64,000 nucleotides of DNA from Alphaproteobacteria bacterium. Its GTDB lineage: Bacteria > Pseudomonadota > Alphaproteobacteria > Rs-D84. The DNA is taken from the NCBI GenBank assembly GCA_031549365.1, contig JAVBPX010000004.1:21233-85232 (forward strand), written 5' to 3'. Positions 26,946 to 35,827 of this stretch are shown here, piece after piece. Position numbers and translations under genes: made by a program. The first letter of the stretch is position 1, and each line of letters begins with the position of its first letter. Below the pieces are notes generated by a model. It saw only the letters and a program-made list of their open reading frames with translations. It was not told the origin of the DNA and ran no database searches.

Positions 26946-26997
26946 TGGTCTTAGAATTATGAGCGCTCCGCGACTGACCAACCGAGCCACCAACCCG
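26946..26997 (-). pseudogene. Degenerate 5' two-thirds of a second tRNA-Met (acceptor 5' strand, D arm, anticodon arm)
   Basis: TTATGAGCGCTCCGC is identical to the intact gene. The following 24 nt (GACTGACCAACCGAGCCACCAACC vs TCTAACCAACTGAGCTACCGACCC) match at 16 positions. The T arm and acceptor 3' strand are missing. Confidence 0.7.
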
Positions 26998-27084
26998 GAT
27001 ATAAACAACAACGGTGTTATACGGATTAATTATTAAAATTCAATAAAAATATGATATAATGATCATCAATCATAGGTCGAGAAA

Positions 27085-27660
27085 ATGAAAAACATTGTAA
27101 TCATAAATGGACATCCAGATATCATGTCATTTTGCCATGCATTAACTGAATCATATGCAAACGGCGCGCATCAGGCAAAAAATAACGTTATAACATTTCA
27201 TTTGCACCAATTAAAATTTGATCCAATATTACACAACGGATATCGAACAATTCAAGAATTGGAACCAGATTTGATTTTGGTTCAAAACGCAATCAAATCC
27301 GCGGATCATGTTGTATTTGTTTATCCAAATTGGTGGGGAACATACCCTGCTTTGTTAAAGGGATTTTTTGATCGCGCTTGGTTGTCCGGATTCGGATTTA
27401 AATACGTTCCCGGGAAAATGTTACCAAATAAATTATTAACTGGAAAAACAGCCCGTATAATCATGACCATGAATACACCAAAGTGGTATTACCGTTGGTT
27501 TTATGGCCGACCCGGGATAAAATCGGTTCGTGATACCATATTGGCTTTTTCCGGCATTGGCCCAACCAAAATAACGCAAATCGGCATGATCAAAGGTTCG
27601 GATGACAAAACGCGCGCCGAATGGTTGAAAATGGTTGAAAAATTGGGCTATACGGATTGA
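27085..27660 (+). CDS. Flavodoxin-like-fold NAD(P)H:quinone oxidoreductase family protein
   Basis: 191 aa with MKNIVIINGHP, ADHVVFVYPNWWGTYPALLKGFFDR, typical of the Flavodoxin_2 (MdaB/KefF-like) family. Confidence 0.7.
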   Translation: MKNIVIINGHPDIMSFCHALTESYANGAHQAKNNVITFHLHQLKFDPILHNGYRTIQELEPDLILVQNAIKSADHVVFVYPNWWGTYPALLKGFFDRAWLSGFGFKYVPGKMLPNKLLTGKTARIIMTMNTPKWYYRWFYGRPGIKSVRDTILAFSGIGPTKITQIGMIKGSDDKTRAEWLKMVEKLGYTD

Positions 27661-28100
27661 CCTTCGATTTTTAATAATTTTTTCTTCATGTTTAAACCAT
27701 ATGCGTATCCACCCATATCACCGCCAATTCGAACAACACGATGACATGGAATAAATATAGCAATTGGATTTGCACCAATGGCGGAACCCGTTGCACGCAC
27801 TGCATTTGGACGGCCAACCGCCCGCGCAATGTCTGAATATGTTCGCAATTCTCCGTATGGAATTTCACAGAGCGCTTTCCAAACGTCCATTTGAAATTCT
27901 GTGCCGTGCGGTTCCAAATTCAAAGTTGAAAAATCAACAACACGCCCTGCAAAATAATTGTTCAATAAATCAACGAACGATCCGTGGTCCAAGCAAATTG
28001 AATGTTCGATCGAATTTACCATCTTTAACGATCGTATCGCCCCGTTTTCGGTTTGTATCCGACAAATCCCCACTGGTAATACCACATCTGAAATTTTCAT
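27648..28100 (-). CDS. ogt: Methylated-DNA-protein-cysteine methyltransferase
   Basis: 150 aa with active site IPCHRVV preceded by GSAIGANPIAIFI. Confidence 0.88.
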   Translation of the reverse strand: MKISDVVLPVGICRIQTENGAIRSLKMVNSIEHSICLDHGSFVDLLNNYFAGRVVDFSTLNLEPHGTEFQMDVWKALCEIPYGELRTYSDIARAVGRPNAVRATGSAIGANPIAIFIPCHRVVRIGGDMGGYAYGLNMKKKLLKIEGQSV

Positions 28101-28708
28101 TTTTGAACCTCCGCCAATTTATCACGAATTTGTTTTAAATCTTGCCATGCATAACGCTTCATCGAAACATCCCGCAACAAAAAGGATGGGTGAAAAGTCG
28201 GCATTGTTGGAATCCCATTTACATCAACCCAATGCCCCCGTAAACGCATAATACCCGTATTGGTCTGTAAAATCGCCTTGGCCGATGTGCCGCCCAATAA
28301 AACCAATACATCTGGTTTAATTATTTTAATGTGTTCCATTACATACGGCAAAAATAAATTCATTTCATCACGCGTTGGCGTTCGATTGTTTTCCGGACGC
28401 CACGGTAAAATATTTGCAATGTAACAATCGGATTTACGATCCATATTAATCGCAACCAACATTTTGTTTAACAATTGACCGGCAGGACCAACAAATGGCA
28501 ATCCCATTATGTCTTCTTGTTCACCTGGTGCTTCGCCCACCAACATTAATCTGGCATCAATATTACCATCCGAAAAAACAAAATTTTTAGCATTATATTT
28601 TAATGGCGTTTCAACATCACGCATACGTTTTGATAAATCATTTAAACGTTCTTGCTTGGTCATACTTTCATGCTGACATAAAAAATTTGCAAACGCAACA
28701 AAAACCAT
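28097..28708 (-). CDS. Family-4 uracil-DNA glycosylase
   Basis: GEAPGEQEDIMGLPFVGPAGQLLN and HPSFLLR motifs. The start could instead be Met-16 (28663). Confidence 0.85.
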   Translation of the reverse strand: MVFVAFANFLCQHESMTKQERLNDLSKRMRDVETPLKYNAKNFVFSDGNIDARLMLVGEAPGEQEDIMGLPFVGPAGQLLNKMLVAINMDRKSDCYIANILPWRPENNRTPTRDEMNLFLPYVMEHIKIIKPDVLVLLGGTSAKAILQTNTGIMRLRGHWVDVNGIPTMPTFHPSFLLRDVSMKRYAWQDLKQIRDKLAEVQK

Positions 28709-28747
28709 GTATACTTAAACCCACGGTTGAACCAAAGGAAAAACATC

Positions 28748-29329
28748 ATGATTGAACAATCACCATTACCATTTGATATAACATCATTGGAACCATATAT
28801 GTCCAAACGCACATTGGAATTCCATTATGGTAAACATCACGCTGCATATATTAAAAAAACAAACGAATTAATTGCTGGAACAGATTTGGAAAACGCAACA
28901 TTGGAAACAATTGTTGTATCAGCCTATAAAAATAAAAACACTGCCTTGTTTAACCAATCGGCCCAGGCTTTGAACCATGAAATTTTCTGGAAATCATTGC
29001 GCGCAAACGTAAAAATGTCGAACATAGTTAAAACAAAAATCGAATCCGATTTCGGTTCATATGATAAATTTGTCGACGAATTTACAAAATCAGCAATGGG
29101 CCAATTTGGATCTGGCTGGACCTGGTTGATATTGGACGGAAATAAAATGAAGATCGTATCCACATCAAACGCGGAAACCCCAATCGTAAATGGGTTTAAA
29201 CCATTGTTGGCATTGGACGTATGGGAACATTCATATTATTTGGATTATCAAAATTTACGTGCGGATTATATAAAAAACTTTCTGACCAATATTGCCAACT
29301 GGGATTATGTGGAAGAAAACATCAAATAA
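28748..29329 (+). CDS. sodB: Superoxide dismutase, Fe type
   Basis: 193 aa from ATG 28748 with FHYGKHHAAY, AQALNHEIFW (the AQ pattern is Fe type) and DVWEHSYYLDYQN. Confidence 0.88.
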   Translation: MIEQSPLPFDITSLEPYMSKRTLEFHYGKHHAAYIKKTNELIAGTDLENATLETIVVSAYKNKNTALFNQSAQALNHEIFWKSLRANVKMSNIVKTKIESDFGSYDKFVDEFTKSAMGQFGSGWTWLILDGNKMKIVSTSNAETPIVNGFKPLLALDVWEHSYYLDYQNLRADYIKNFLTNIANWDYVEENIK

Positions 29330-29426
29330 TAATATAAACCCAATCCCGATCTCGGCGGAGTGTAACGCAGACAGATGACATTATGTCGCCGAAAATTTGA
29401 AGTAATAAAATCAAAATTCGATAAAA

Positions 29427-29454
29427 CAAAAAACCACCCAATCGGGTGGTTTTT
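29427..29454. terminator. Bidirectional terminator between convergent sodB and tsf
   Basis: A-run, ACCACCC-AATC-GGGTGGT, T5. The stem is the same as in the tRNA-Lys-linked terminator. Confidence 0.8.
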
Positions 29455-29474
29455 AATAATTAAAAAAGAATTAG

Positions 29475-30356
29475 TTATTGTGCAGCACTTGCGGAAATTT
29501 TCGCAATTTCCTCTGCAAAATCTTCTTCCTTTTTTTCAATTCCATCACCCAATACAAAATATGCAAAGCTGGACAATGTCGCACCGTTATCGGCCAACAA
29601 TTGTTTTACTTTCATATCTGGGTTCATAACGAAATCCTGTTCTTCCAGAACAATTTCTTCGTAAAATTTACGAATACGTCCTTCGATCATTTTTTCAACA
29701 ATCGATTCTGGTTTGCCGGATTCCAAAGCAGATTGACGAAAGAAATGTTTTTCTTTTTCAACAACTTCGGATGTAACATCGGCAATGCGTGCGAAATCTG
29801 GTTTTGATGCAGCAATGTGCATTGCAATTTTTGAACCGATTTCAGCCAATTTTGCATGATCCGCACCATTTAATCCAACAACAACACCGATTTTACCCAT
29901 ACCTGGTGCTTGAACATTGTGAACATATGTGGACACAACATCACCAGACACAACGGCTGTACGACGCAAATTCATGTTTTCACCGATTGTTGCAATCAAT
30001 TGAACAACATCTGCTTGCATTTCATTGGATACTTTTTCAAAATCACCCGAATGGTTCAAAGCAGATTCAGCAGACTTTTGTACCATTGCTTGGAATTTGT
30101 CATTTTTTGCAACGAAATCAGTTTCAGCATTAACCTCTACCAATACGCCCATACCTGGTTTTGATGCAACAACAACCAACCCAGACGCAGCAACGCGGTC
30201 GGATTTTTTTGATGCTTTGACCAAACCTTTTTCACGCAACCAATCGGCTGATGCTTCCATATCTCCGCCACATGCTTCCAATGCGGCTTTGCAGTCCATC
30301 ATCCCAGCGGATGTTTTTTCGCGCAAATCTTTAATTTTTGCAGGTGTAACAGTCAT
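29475..30356 (-). CDS. tsf: Elongation factor Ts
   Basis: 293 aa from ATG 30356: MTVTPAKIKDLREKTSAGMMDCKAALEACGGDMEASADWLREKG. Confidence 0.93.
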   Translation of the reverse strand: MTVTPAKIKDLREKTSAGMMDCKAALEACGGDMEASADWLREKGLVKASKKSDRVAASGLVVVASKPGMGVLVEVNAETDFVAKNDKFQAMVQKSAESALNHSGDFEKVSNEMQADVVQLIATIGENMNLRRTAVVSGDVVSTYVHNVQAPGMGKIGVVVGLNGADHAKLAEIGSKIAMHIAASKPDFARIADVTSEVVEKEKHFFRQSALESGKPESIVEKMIEGRIRKFYEEIVLEEQDFVMNPDMKVKQLLADNGATLSSFAYFVLGDGIEKKEEDFAEEIAKISASAAQ

Positions 30357-30372
30357 AATACACTCCTTTGAC

Positions 30373-31254
30373 TTATTTAGTTTCTTCTTCGGCCACTTTT
30401 CTTGCTTCTTTTTCAATCAGCTTGTCATGACGTTCGTTTTTTGCTTCGGATTTTTTGGATTTTGTTTTCAATTCTTTTTCTTTGATTTCATCTTCCAATT
30501 CTTCCAATTTGTCGCCAGCAACCAACATATCAGATTCAGCTTTTTTAACATTAGATTGGCCCAAACGTTTTTCAATTCCGGACAATATAGCACCCGCAGC
30601 CAAATCACAATACAATTGAATTGCACGACTGGCGTCGTCATTACCTGGAATTGGGAAATCAATTAATTCTGGATTTGCATTTGAATCGCAAACAGCAATG
30701 ATTGGCAAATTCAAAACTTTGGCTTCCTTGATAGCATTGTATTCGCGTGGCACGTCAATAACAACAACAGCTTGTGGTGTACCGTGCATTTCCAACACAC
30801 CGCCAAAAGCATCGCGCAATTTTGCAACTTCGCGCGTCATGTTCAAAACTTCTTTTTTGGTCAAACCCAGAGATTCTGCATCTTCGATTTGTTTTTCCAT
30901 TGCTTTTAAACGACGGATTGATTGTGAAATTGTTGACCAGTTTGTCATCATTCCACCCAACCAACGGTTATTTACATAAAATTGTCCGCAACGTTCCGCA
31001 GCATCTTTGACGATTTCACGGGCTTGTGGTTTTGTTGCAACGAACAAAATTTTTCCACCGTTTGCAGCAACTTCTTCCAATTTTTCCATGGCGCGGTGCA
31101 TCAAAGGCGCGGTTTTGTTCAAATCCATAATGTGGATTTTATCTTTCACACCAAAAACATATGGTGTCATTTGTGGGTTCCAACGACGAGTATGATGTCC
31201 AAAATGCACACCTGCTTCGATCAGTTGTTTCATAGTAAATTTTGGTAAAGCCAT
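30373..31254 (-). CDS. rpsB: 30S ribosomal protein S2 with Lys/Glu-rich C-terminal tail
   Basis: 293 aa from ATG 31254: MALPKFTMKQLIEAGVHFGHHTRRWNPQM. Confidence 0.93.
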   Translation of the reverse strand: MALPKFTMKQLIEAGVHFGHHTRRWNPQMTPYVFGVKDKIHIMDLNKTAPLMHRAMEKLEEVAANGGKILFVATKPQAREIVKDAAERCGQFYVNNRWLGGMMTNWSTISQSIRRLKAMEKQIEDAESLGLTKKEVLNMTREVAKLRDAFGGVLEMHGTPQAVVVIDVPREYNAIKEAKVLNLPIIAVCDSNANPELIDFPIPGNDDASRAIQLYCDLAAGAILSGIEKRLGQSNVKKAESDMLVAGDKLEELEDEIKEKELKTKSKKSEAKNERHDKLIEKEARKVAEEETK

Positions 31255-31541
31255 AATAATTCCTTTTTGTTTACCAGTTAGTTCCTCGGCTACATAAAAA
31301 CATCGGAAATTCCGACACCGGATGGTCAATTGGGAACACCCCAAAAACCGATATGTAACCTGTGTATTTGTCGAAAAAATCAAATTTTCACGACAGTGCG
31401 CCCATTATATAACCAAAAACAATGAAAAATCAAGTAAAAACATTAACTTAAAAACATCAACTAATTTGGAAAAAATTGTTGACAAATCAAATAGAATAGA
31501 TAACATAATGTACAAACAGCCAAACTAAAAAGGAGCTTAAC

Positions 31542-31859
31542 ATGAAAATAGAAATAAATACATATCAGGCATATAAAAGTGACAATAGCGGTTTTCCATC
31601 AATATCAAAAAGTCATTTTAAAAGACTGAGTACTAATAATGAAACAACCTATGGCTATACCGAAGCACTAGAAATTATTGGACCGTGCTATTTGGCCACA
31701 TCTTGGGATGTTGAACAAGAACTGCCAAAAAACAGCAATTTTCCCATACGATATAACAAAATAAAAGATTCAGACTGTTTGGTTTGGATCACAATAAATC
31801 CCGTTGAATTAAAACCTAACTTTTACTTCGGATTACTAGCAAAAGCAACAAGTCGATAA
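31542..31859 (+). CDS. Hypothetical small protein (orphan)
   Basis: 105-aa ORF with strong RBS AAAGGAG 8 nt upstream and its own terminator. No signal peptide and no motif I recognise. Confidence 0.55.
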   Translation: MKIEINTYQAYKSDNSGFPSISKSHFKRLSTNNETTYGYTEALEIIGPCYLATSWDVEQELPKNSNFPIRYNKIKDSDCLVWITINPVELKPNFYFGLLAKATSR

Positions 31860-31862
31860 TTT

Positions 31863-31895
31863 AAATAACCCCGAAATTTTTCGGGGTTATTTTTT
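31863..31895. terminator. Bidirectional terminator between the orphan gene and the DUF167 gene
   Basis: ATAACCCCGAAA-TT-TTTCGGGGTTAT followed by T5. Confidence 0.8.
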
Positions 31896-31896
31896 A

Positions 31897-32115
31897 TCAC
31901 AATTCTTCAATTTCAATCAATTTGTCCCGTCCTGTATCACCACGAATAATTTTAATACGCGATTTCGGGACCCCATAATGCTTTGCCAGCAATTCGGCAA
32001 CCGCCCTGTTTGCTCTACCATCTTCTGGAACCGTTGTAACATAAACCCGTATCGGATCACCATCAACAATCCGATTTTTCGATGAATTTGGCGTAACACG
32101 AATATTTATTTTCAT
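31897..32115 (-). CDS. yggU: DUF167 (YggU-like) protein
   Basis: 72 aa with KINIRVTPNSSKNRI ... RANRAVAELLAKHYGVPKSRIKIIRGDTGRDK. ATGA overlap with the upstream gene. Confidence 0.75.
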   Translation of the reverse strand: MKINIRVTPNSSKNRIVDGDPIRVYVTTVPEDGRANRAVAELLAKHYGVPKSRIKIIRGDTGRDKLIEIEEL

Positions 32116-33737
32116 CTGCGGGCCACTTGTTTTTTGGCAACCGCTTTTTTCGCATTTGCATTTATTTTTTTAGACATATTTACTGTTTTTTTGTCGTTCA
32201 CATTTTTTTTAGCACTTTCCAATTTCGCAGCTTCTATTTTTTGATTATTTAATTTTTCCAACTTGGCAATCTTGGCGCGATACAAATCATTCGGTGCATA
32301 TTTTTCAGACAGCGTATAATTTGCCAATGCCATTTTATTATCGTGCATTTTTTCGCACGACAGCCCAGCATTATAATGGGCCATAGCCAAAGCATTCTTA
32401 TCCATCTTAAGAGCATCCAATTTGCGCAAATTACGAACTATCTGGCGACTGTCTTCATAACGTCCCAAACGATATAAAACAAAGCTTAAATCACTATATG
32501 CTTGGGCATTTTTTGGATCAATGGATATAATATGTTTAAAGATTTCAGACGCAGATTCCAAATCACCCTGATCCACAGCCAACAATGCTTTTTTGGATAA
32601 ATAACCAATATTTTTTTCATCATCCGATGATTTTACGCGCTCTGCTATCAAAACACCCGACCCATTCATCGCATCTATATAATTTATTGTTTCTTTTTCA
32701 TATTTAGCATCCAACAAAACCCGTCCCGACTGAACGCGAGCCAAAACTTTGTTTGGAATAACCTCTGAAATTTTGGATTTTTTGTTTGTATATTCATAAC
32801 ATTTTTCCAATTTTTCATAATCAATTTTATAAAAACCATCTTTATCGCGATTATATAAAACTCCGCCACCGTTACTCTTCAAAGTTTTATTAAAATCATA
32901 CATCGCAGCTTGTGGAATATTAACAAATTTTACCCAATCAATTTTACCGATATAACAATATGCTTCAAACGCACGGCGAATTTCCAACCCTGATGCACGA
33001 ACGCCCCCAGCACTTAAAAATCCCGTAAAATGCTTTGCAACTGTTTCCGATTTTGCACCATTCATTAAATCTTTTAACACACTGGTTGGGTGTTTAATCG
33101 GATATCGTTTTAATAATTTTAACATTTCGGCCTTGGTCGCATTTCCAGACCGGTATAATTTTCGAATACGCGCCCAACGTTCATCACGAACGCGATTTGG
33201 ATCAGGGGATTCAAACATCCCTGCCCCACCATTATAAACGAACGAGGCCAACGCCAATGTTTGTTCAGCACTTAATTCAAGATTTGCAACACAGCAAACA
33301 TAAAAATACAATGTTAAATATGTTTCAATTTCCAAATGCCATTGAACAATTTCATAACCTTGGTCTGGGTTTTTTAACGACTTGGTCGAAGGCCCAATAA
33401 TCCCATCGGGGGAAACCGTACTACCATAACCAATAGTCCATGTCCCGATCGGATTTCCTTTTTTATCATATTTATCGTTATACACATTTGGTTTGAATTC
33501 TTCATGCAAACACAAAAAAGCCAACATATACGGATCCAACTGATGGCATTGCGTAACATACTCATTATATGTTTCAACATTTTTCAATTTTACATTTTCG
33601 ATTGTTTTTTCACGTCTGTTTTCTTTGATATTATCAACTATTTTTTTGGCCCCAATTCCACCCAAAATCACAGCAGGAATCCCCAATAACAGAGTTGCAC
33701 GTTTTAATTTCGATTTGATAATAGATTTTTTTGCCAT
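32112..33737 (-). CDS. Membrane-anchored GH24 (phage-type) lysozyme-like protein with C-terminal TPR repeats
   Basis: 541 aa with an N-terminal TM helix. Lysozyme block LHEEFKPNVYNDKYDKKGNPIGTWTIGYG and LASFVYNGGAG. TPR-like repeats in the last 170 aa or so (AQAYSDLSFVLYRLGRYEDS, AMAHYNAGLSCEKMHDNKMA). Confidence 0.7.
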   Translation of the reverse strand: MAKKSIIKSKLKRATLLLGIPAVILGGIGAKKIVDNIKENRREKTIENVKLKNVETYNEYVTQCHQLDPYMLAFLCLHEEFKPNVYNDKYDKKGNPIGTWTIGYGSTVSPDGIIGPSTKSLKNPDQGYEIVQWHLEIETYLTLYFYVCCVANLELSAEQTLALASFVYNGGAGMFESPDPNRVRDERWARIRKLYRSGNATKAEMLKLLKRYPIKHPTSVLKDLMNGAKSETVAKHFTGFLSAGGVRASGLEIRRAFEAYCYIGKIDWVKFVNIPQAAMYDFNKTLKSNGGGVLYNRDKDGFYKIDYEKLEKCYEYTNKKSKISEVIPNKVLARVQSGRVLLDAKYEKETINYIDAMNGSGVLIAERVKSSDDEKNIGYLSKKALLAVDQGDLESASEIFKHIISIDPKNAQAYSDLSFVLYRLGRYEDSRQIVRNLRKLDALKMDKNALAMAHYNAGLSCEKMHDNKMALANYTLSEKYAPNDLYRAKIAKLEKLNNQKIEAAKLESAKKNVNDKKTVNMSKKINANAKKAVAKKQVARR

Positions 33738-33821
33738 TTTTCACCTACGATAATTTTCCTAAATTTTACCACAAAGTCAACCATTTGTCAAAAATTTAAA
33801 TTATATATTTCATTCATACTC

Positions 33822-33850
33822 TTGATTTTATACCTAAAAAATGCTATAAT
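33822..33850 (+). promoter_or_regulatory. sigma70-like promoter of amiC
   Basis: TTGATT, 17-nt spacer, TGCTATAAT (extended -10), 10 nt before ATG 33860. Confidence 0.5.
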
Positions 33851-33859
33851 ACTCGTGCT

Positions 33860-35146
33860 ATGGGCATTAAAAACAAAACACATTATTTGGAAAAACCAAT
33901 CAAACGCCGAACCGTATTGTTGGCGGGCGGCGGGGTTTGTTTAATGATATCTTTGTCCCCTGGCATTTCATGGGCTGTATCAAAAAACACTTTGAAAAAT
34001 GTGCGCACTGGGAAACAGCCTGATGATAAAACGCGCATTGTTTTGGAAACTTCGTCAAAACCCGATTATGAAATTTATTATTTACAAAATCCAAACCGTA
34101 TTATGATTGATTTGCCAAACACAAACGGCATTTCCGCTGACAAAGATTTAATTTCCGGATCACTGGTATCAAAATTTTCAATTGTACAAAAGGATGCCAA
34201 CGGATTACGTTTAATATTCACATTGAAAAATCCAGCCATGCCCGTTGCATCTGAAAATTTATTTGCATTAAATCCATCAAATGGGACTGGACATCGATTG
34301 GTAATGGACATAAAAAAAACAACCGAAGCAAATTTCAAACGCGCCGTAATAAATAATGCACGCGCGACAAATAAAAAAACGGATACCGTCTTTTTCTCGT
34401 CTGCAACAACAGCAGGAACCGCAACCCAATCAGTTCCACAATCAAACAATAATTCTACGCCATCAAATTCGGACAAACCAATCATCGTCATTGATCCCGG
34501 ACATGGAGGCAAGGATCCAGGATGTATTGGTCGTGGCGGAACACGCGAAAAAGATGTAGTATTAAACGTCGGCAAAAAACTGGCCACTCAATTGCGAAAT
34601 TCCGGTAAATATCGCGTTTATATGACACGCGATACTGATATATTTTTAAATTTGGATACACGTTCTGGCATTGCTGAAAAAAAACACGCTGACTTATTTA
34701 TATCATTACACGCAAATGCAAATCCTTCACGCCAAATGCGCGGATTTTCTGTTTATACTCTGTCCAAAAAAGCTTCGGACGCCGAGGCGGAAAAACTGGC
34801 CGAGGCTGAAAACGCATCCGATAAAATCGCATTTGACGGATTTGAAAAATATGAACCAGATATCCGCAGCGCACTGGGTTCATTACAACAACAAATGGTA
34901 GCCCAAACATCTGTATCATTTGCGGAACAGGTTGTAAAATACAATCGGGGCAAAGCAATAATTGCCCAGGATAAACCCCGTCGTTTCGCAAATTTTGCAG
35001 TATTACGTTCATCAATCCCGTCCGTATTATTTGAAATTGGACATTTATCAAACGCAACCGAAGAAAAACTGTTAACAAACGCAACCCATCACACAAAAAT
35101 CATAAATGCATTAATCGCAGCTGTTGATAATTTTGAATTTGTGTAA
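33860..35146 (+). CDS. amiC: N-acetylmuramoyl-L-alanine amidase (AmiC type, with AMIN domain and Tat-like signal)
   Basis: 428 aa with RRTVLLAGGG twin-Arg signal, an AMIN-like N-domain (TRIVLETSSKPDYEIYYLQNPNRIMIDLPN) and an amidase_3 core (IVIDPGHGGKDPGCIG, FISLHANA). Confidence 0.85.
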   Translation: MGIKNKTHYLEKPIKRRTVLLAGGGVCLMISLSPGISWAVSKNTLKNVRTGKQPDDKTRIVLETSSKPDYEIYYLQNPNRIMIDLPNTNGISADKDLISGSLVSKFSIVQKDANGLRLIFTLKNPAMPVASENLFALNPSNGTGHRLVMDIKKTTEANFKRAVINNARATNKKTDTVFFSSATTAGTATQSVPQSNNNSTPSNSDKPIIVIDPGHGGKDPGCIGRGGTREKDVVLNVGKKLATQLRNSGKYRVYMTRDTDIFLNLDTRSGIAEKKHADLFISLHANANPSRQMRGFSVYTLSKKASDAEAEKLAEAENASDKIAFDGFEKYEPDIRSALGSLQQQMVAQTSVSFAEQVVKYNRGKAIIAQDKPRRFANFAVLRSSIPSVLFEIGHLSNATEEKLLTNATHHTKIINALIAAVDNFEFV

Positions 35147-35154
35147 TAAACACC

Positions 35155-35182
35155 CTTGAAATCCGCCATAATTCAATTATAT
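35155..35182 (+). promoter_or_regulatory. Possible heat-shock-type promoter of grpE
   Basis: CTTGAAA, 13-nt spacer, AATTATAT. The -35 matches sigma32 well and the -10 only partly. Confidence 0.3.
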
Positions 35183-35215
35183 AGTGCGGACAATTAACAA
35201 AAAAACAGGAAAACC

Positions 35216-35716
35216 ATGTCTGAATCATTAAAAAACGAAATTGTTAACGAAAATACATCTGATACATCCACTGAAAATATGGTTAATATTGAAACGGAAT
35301 TGCGCTCGGAAATCGCATTATTAAACGATAAATATTTACGCGCAATTGCCGATGCCGAAAACACAAAACGACGCGCACGATTGGATGCCGAATCCATGTC
35401 AAAAACACGCATGGTTCGCCTGGCAACCGACATATTTCCAGTTTTGGATGCCGTTCGCGCAGCAATCGCAAACGCCACAGATATTCAATTGGACGGATTG
35501 TTGTTAATTGAAAAATCTGCACTTGATGCATTGGGCAATGCTGGGATTAAACCAATCCCAACCGTTAATGCAATATTTGATCCAAAACTACACTTTGCTG
35601 TAAATACAGAAAAACGCGACGATTTGGCAAAAAACACCATTTTGGCTGAATTGCAATCAGGATTTACCCTGGATGATATAGTTTTACGCCCTGCAATGGT
35701 GATGGTTTCCGCATAA
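35216..35716 (+). CDS. grpE: Nucleotide exchange factor GrpE
   Basis: 166 aa with KYLRAIADAENTKRRARLDAES and a C-terminal beta domain (GFTLDDIVLRPAMVMV). Confidence 0.9.
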   Translation: MSESLKNEIVNENTSDTSTENMVNIETELRSEIALLNDKYLRAIADAENTKRRARLDAESMSKTRMVRLATDIFPVLDAVRAAIANATDIQLDGLLLIEKSALDALGNAGIKPIPTVNAIFDPKLHFAVNTEKRDDLAKNTILAELQSGFTLDDIVLRPAMVMVSA

Positions 35717-35827
35717 ATTCTGAATTTTTCCTTGCATTTAACAAACGAATAAATCATAATGGCCTTCGCCTGTCCCGACACCCTTGGAGGCAGACAGGAA
35801 ATTAACTAAAATAAAAAGGTCAAAAAC

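Noticed and set aside
29351-29397. Possible sixth, degenerate palindromic-element copy between sodB and tsf (TCGGCG-GAGTGTAACGCAGACAGATGACATTATG-TCGCCGA)
   Set aside because: Only a 6-bp stem and a loose match to the apex (GAGTGTA..GACA). It lacks the terminal CATSAAAAYG repeats. This is too weak to call without a statistical model.
29478-30666. Several plus-strand ORFs (109, 114, 84 and 213 aa) overlapping tsf and rpsB
   Set aside because: These are antisense shadow frames of two highly conserved genes. They have Phe/Cys/Asn-rich nonsense composition and no independent start signals.
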